24,103 nt of DNA from a virus (Duplodnaviria; Heunggongvirae; Uroviricota; Caudoviricetes; Crassvirales), in the IMG/VR virus record IMGVR_UViG_3300035495_000018, positions 1 to 24,103 of that record, one strand, 5' to 3'. Position 1 is the stretch's first letter. Each line of letters starts with the position of its first letter. Made by a program: the position numbers and the translations under genes. Below, piece after piece: positions 22,658-24,103 of the stretch. The notes under the pieces were generated by a model. That model worked only from the letters and a program-made list of their open reading frames with translations. It searched no databases and was not told the origin of the DNA.

Positions 22658-24103
22658 TTAACAACCTTGTAGTAAGTTACCCTCCTCATCCATGAGCAGG
22701 ATACCGTCCTTTCTGCATGCCTTTCTGATGTCTTCTATGTTGGATTTGAGCTCATCATCTGATGCAGCCCTCAACCCTTCAATCAGACTTTGAGCTGAGA
22801 TAGCTTCGCCCATCTCATCTTTGTACCCAATATTTGCAAGAGCCTTAGCCATTTCAGTCGCAATTTCATTTATTGCAGCCTCTCTGTCAAATGTTACAGG
22901 AGCAGGTCCTGGCTCTTGTGAAGAGTTTCCTTCATCAAAAGCTCCAGTACCTTCCTCCATAGTATCAACAACAGGAACAGCTCTAGTGCTTCCAGTGTAT
23001 TGCATAGAGTTACCTTTAAGTCCTTGTTTATCCATTCTAACATAGGTCATTGTAGTACCTTCTGTTTCATTGAAGACAAGTCCTTCACTCTGTGCTACAA
23101 ACAGTGCACCACCAACAGAGATTACTGGCCTGAATCTAGAGATTTTAGTTTCCTTATCAGGCTTACCAAGTAGGAATAGTCCTGCATCCTCTCCAAGTCT
23201 TGCAGTGTCAATAGTGAATGAAGGAAGTACTTCTTTCATGCTATTGAAAGCAAGTGGTTTCAGTATATCTTTAGCTGTTTTACTCTTATCAGCATTGAAT
23301 ACAAGTCTTTCATTGTCTGAGTGATTGAGCATATATTGGATAGCAAAATCAGTGCTGTTGTACTGAATTTTGTCACCCTTTACATCATTGAGAAACTCAA
23401 CATAGCTTCTTGCACTGCCATCCCTATTGGGAACCATTAGAGATTGCTTTACTTCAGTAGGAGCAAGGTTCATAAAGACACTAGGTCCAAATGAGAAACC
23501 AAGCTTAAAGAAGTTGTACAGGAAGAGGTCTCTAGCAACCAGAGGATTTGTTCTGTTTAGGTCAGCCCAACTCTCTCTGATTTCATCCTTTTGGAAGGGA
23601 GCTAAACCACCTATTCCTTGGACATTCATTACAATCCTATCTTCTTTCGTCCCATTAGGAAGAGTAACTTCTCTGCTGTCAAACATCATGTACTTGAATA
23701 TAGCCAGTTCTTTAAGAGATGGATTGGCTTCAAGTTCTCTAAACATGTCACTTGCAAAGTGCTTGGTGTAATACTCTCTGACAGTAGGAGCAGTTCCATC
23801 AGGGTTGGTGTGACCAGTCCCAAGTTTGGGAAGCTCACCATTGAAGTCACTGTGCTCTTCATTTGACAGAAGGTATACCATCATATCACTATGTATGCTA
23901 TTGATGGTATCTGCATCAAGTATTCCAGCTTTAGTTAATCCAGCAAGAGTCTCTCTAGCTACACTGTAACATGAGTTGTCATAAGGGAAATATCTTGTTA
24001 GATGCCTCAAGGCTCTCCTATTTGCATCAAACATAGCCTGCTCATAAGCAAATGGATTGTCTATCAGACTGTCAAAATAGTCCTCATCACTCATCTCAAG
24101 TAA
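22658..24103 (-). CDS. C-terminal ~480 aa of a giant virion protein, probably the crAss-like virion RNA polymerase polyprotein; 5'-partial
   Basis: The frame is open to the window edge (TTA CTT GAG ATG at 24103-24092), so the true start lies outside. The segment VARDLFLYNFFKLGFSFGPSVFMNLAPTEVK resembles the C-terminal region of crAss-like RNAP proteins as recalled, and the gene position fits. The catalytic DxDxD motif is not in the window, so the RNAP call is an inference. Confidence 0.55.
   Translation of the reverse strand, partial: LLEMSDEDYFDSLIDNPFAYEQAMFDANRRALRHLTRYFPYDNSCYSVARETLAGLTKAGILDADTINSIHSDMMVYLLSNEEHSDFNGELPKLGTGHTNPDGTAPTVREYYTKHFASDMFRELEANPSLKELAIFKYMMFDSREVTLPNGTKEDRIVMNVQGIGGLAPFQKDEIRESWADLNRTNPLVARDLFLYNFFKLGFSFGPSVFMNLAPTEVKQSLMVPNRDGSARSYVEFLNDVKGDKIQYNSTDFAIQYMLNHSDNERLVFNADKSKTAKDILKPLAFNSMKEVLPSFTIDTARLGEDAGLFLLGKPDKETKISRFRPVISVGGALFVAQSEGLVFNETEGTTMTYVRMDKQGLKGNSMQYTGSTRAVPVVDTMEEGTGAFDEGNSSQEPGPAPVTFDREAAINEIATEMAKALANIGYKDEMGEAISAQSLIEGLRAASDDELKSNIEDIRKACRKDGILLMDEEGNLLQGC

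Noticed and set aside
22643-22660. In-frame read-through fusion of the two - strand genes
   Set aside because: They are in frame, but the junction reads TAA ATT TAA TTC TAT AAT ATG, with two ochre stops.
795-23866. About 30 short ORFs (60-140 aa) on alternate frames or the opposite strand
   Set aside because: All lie inside long genes, have odd composition and no motifs. They are expected shadows of biased codon usage.
1-24103. Stop-codon reassignment (TAG to Gln or TGA to Trp), as in some Crassvirales
   Set aside because: Every gene is uninterrupted under table 11 with near-complete coding density, and TAG ends two genes at sensible positions.
22658-24103. Direct identification of an RNA polymerase catalytic site
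   Set aside because: No DxDxD-type motif lies in the window, so the RNAP assignment rests only on position and weak similarity.
1-24103. Introns, inteins, homing endonucleases, tRNAs
   Set aside because: There are no split ORFs, no intein boundary or LAGLIDADG/HNH motifs, and the intergenic gaps (3-116 bp) show no cloverleaf.

Overview
This window is part of a lytic crAss-like phage genome (order Crassvirales; a Bacteroidota host is inferred), covering the virion tail and cargo (ejection) module. The + strand carries a 5'-truncated collagen-containing tail fibre-like gene (<2..2584) and a 1358-aa tail muzzle/stabilisation protein (2595..6671). An intrinsic terminator and a Bacteroidota-type housekeeping promoter follow (about 6688..6772). 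Three cargo/ejection-type genes come next (920, 475 and 2407 aa), and the last ends in a PD-(D/E)XK nuclease domain. They converge at a perfect 15-bp bidirectional hairpin (18233..18267) with two - strand giant genes. One is a 1457-aa virion protein with a degenerate zincin-like EExxH motif. The other is the C-terminal ~480 aa of a gene running off the window end, probably the virion RNA polymerase polyprotein. The standard code (table 11) fits. I found no tRNA, rRNA, CRISPR array, intron, intein or mobile element. The most unusual signals are extreme CG dinucleotide depletion (about 50 by manual count), no GATC at all, a nuclease fused to a membrane-type ejection protein, an in-frame single-TAG junction between two cargo genes, and terminal Cys residues on the giant cargo proteins. 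Protein names come from motif recognition and gene order, not from database searches.
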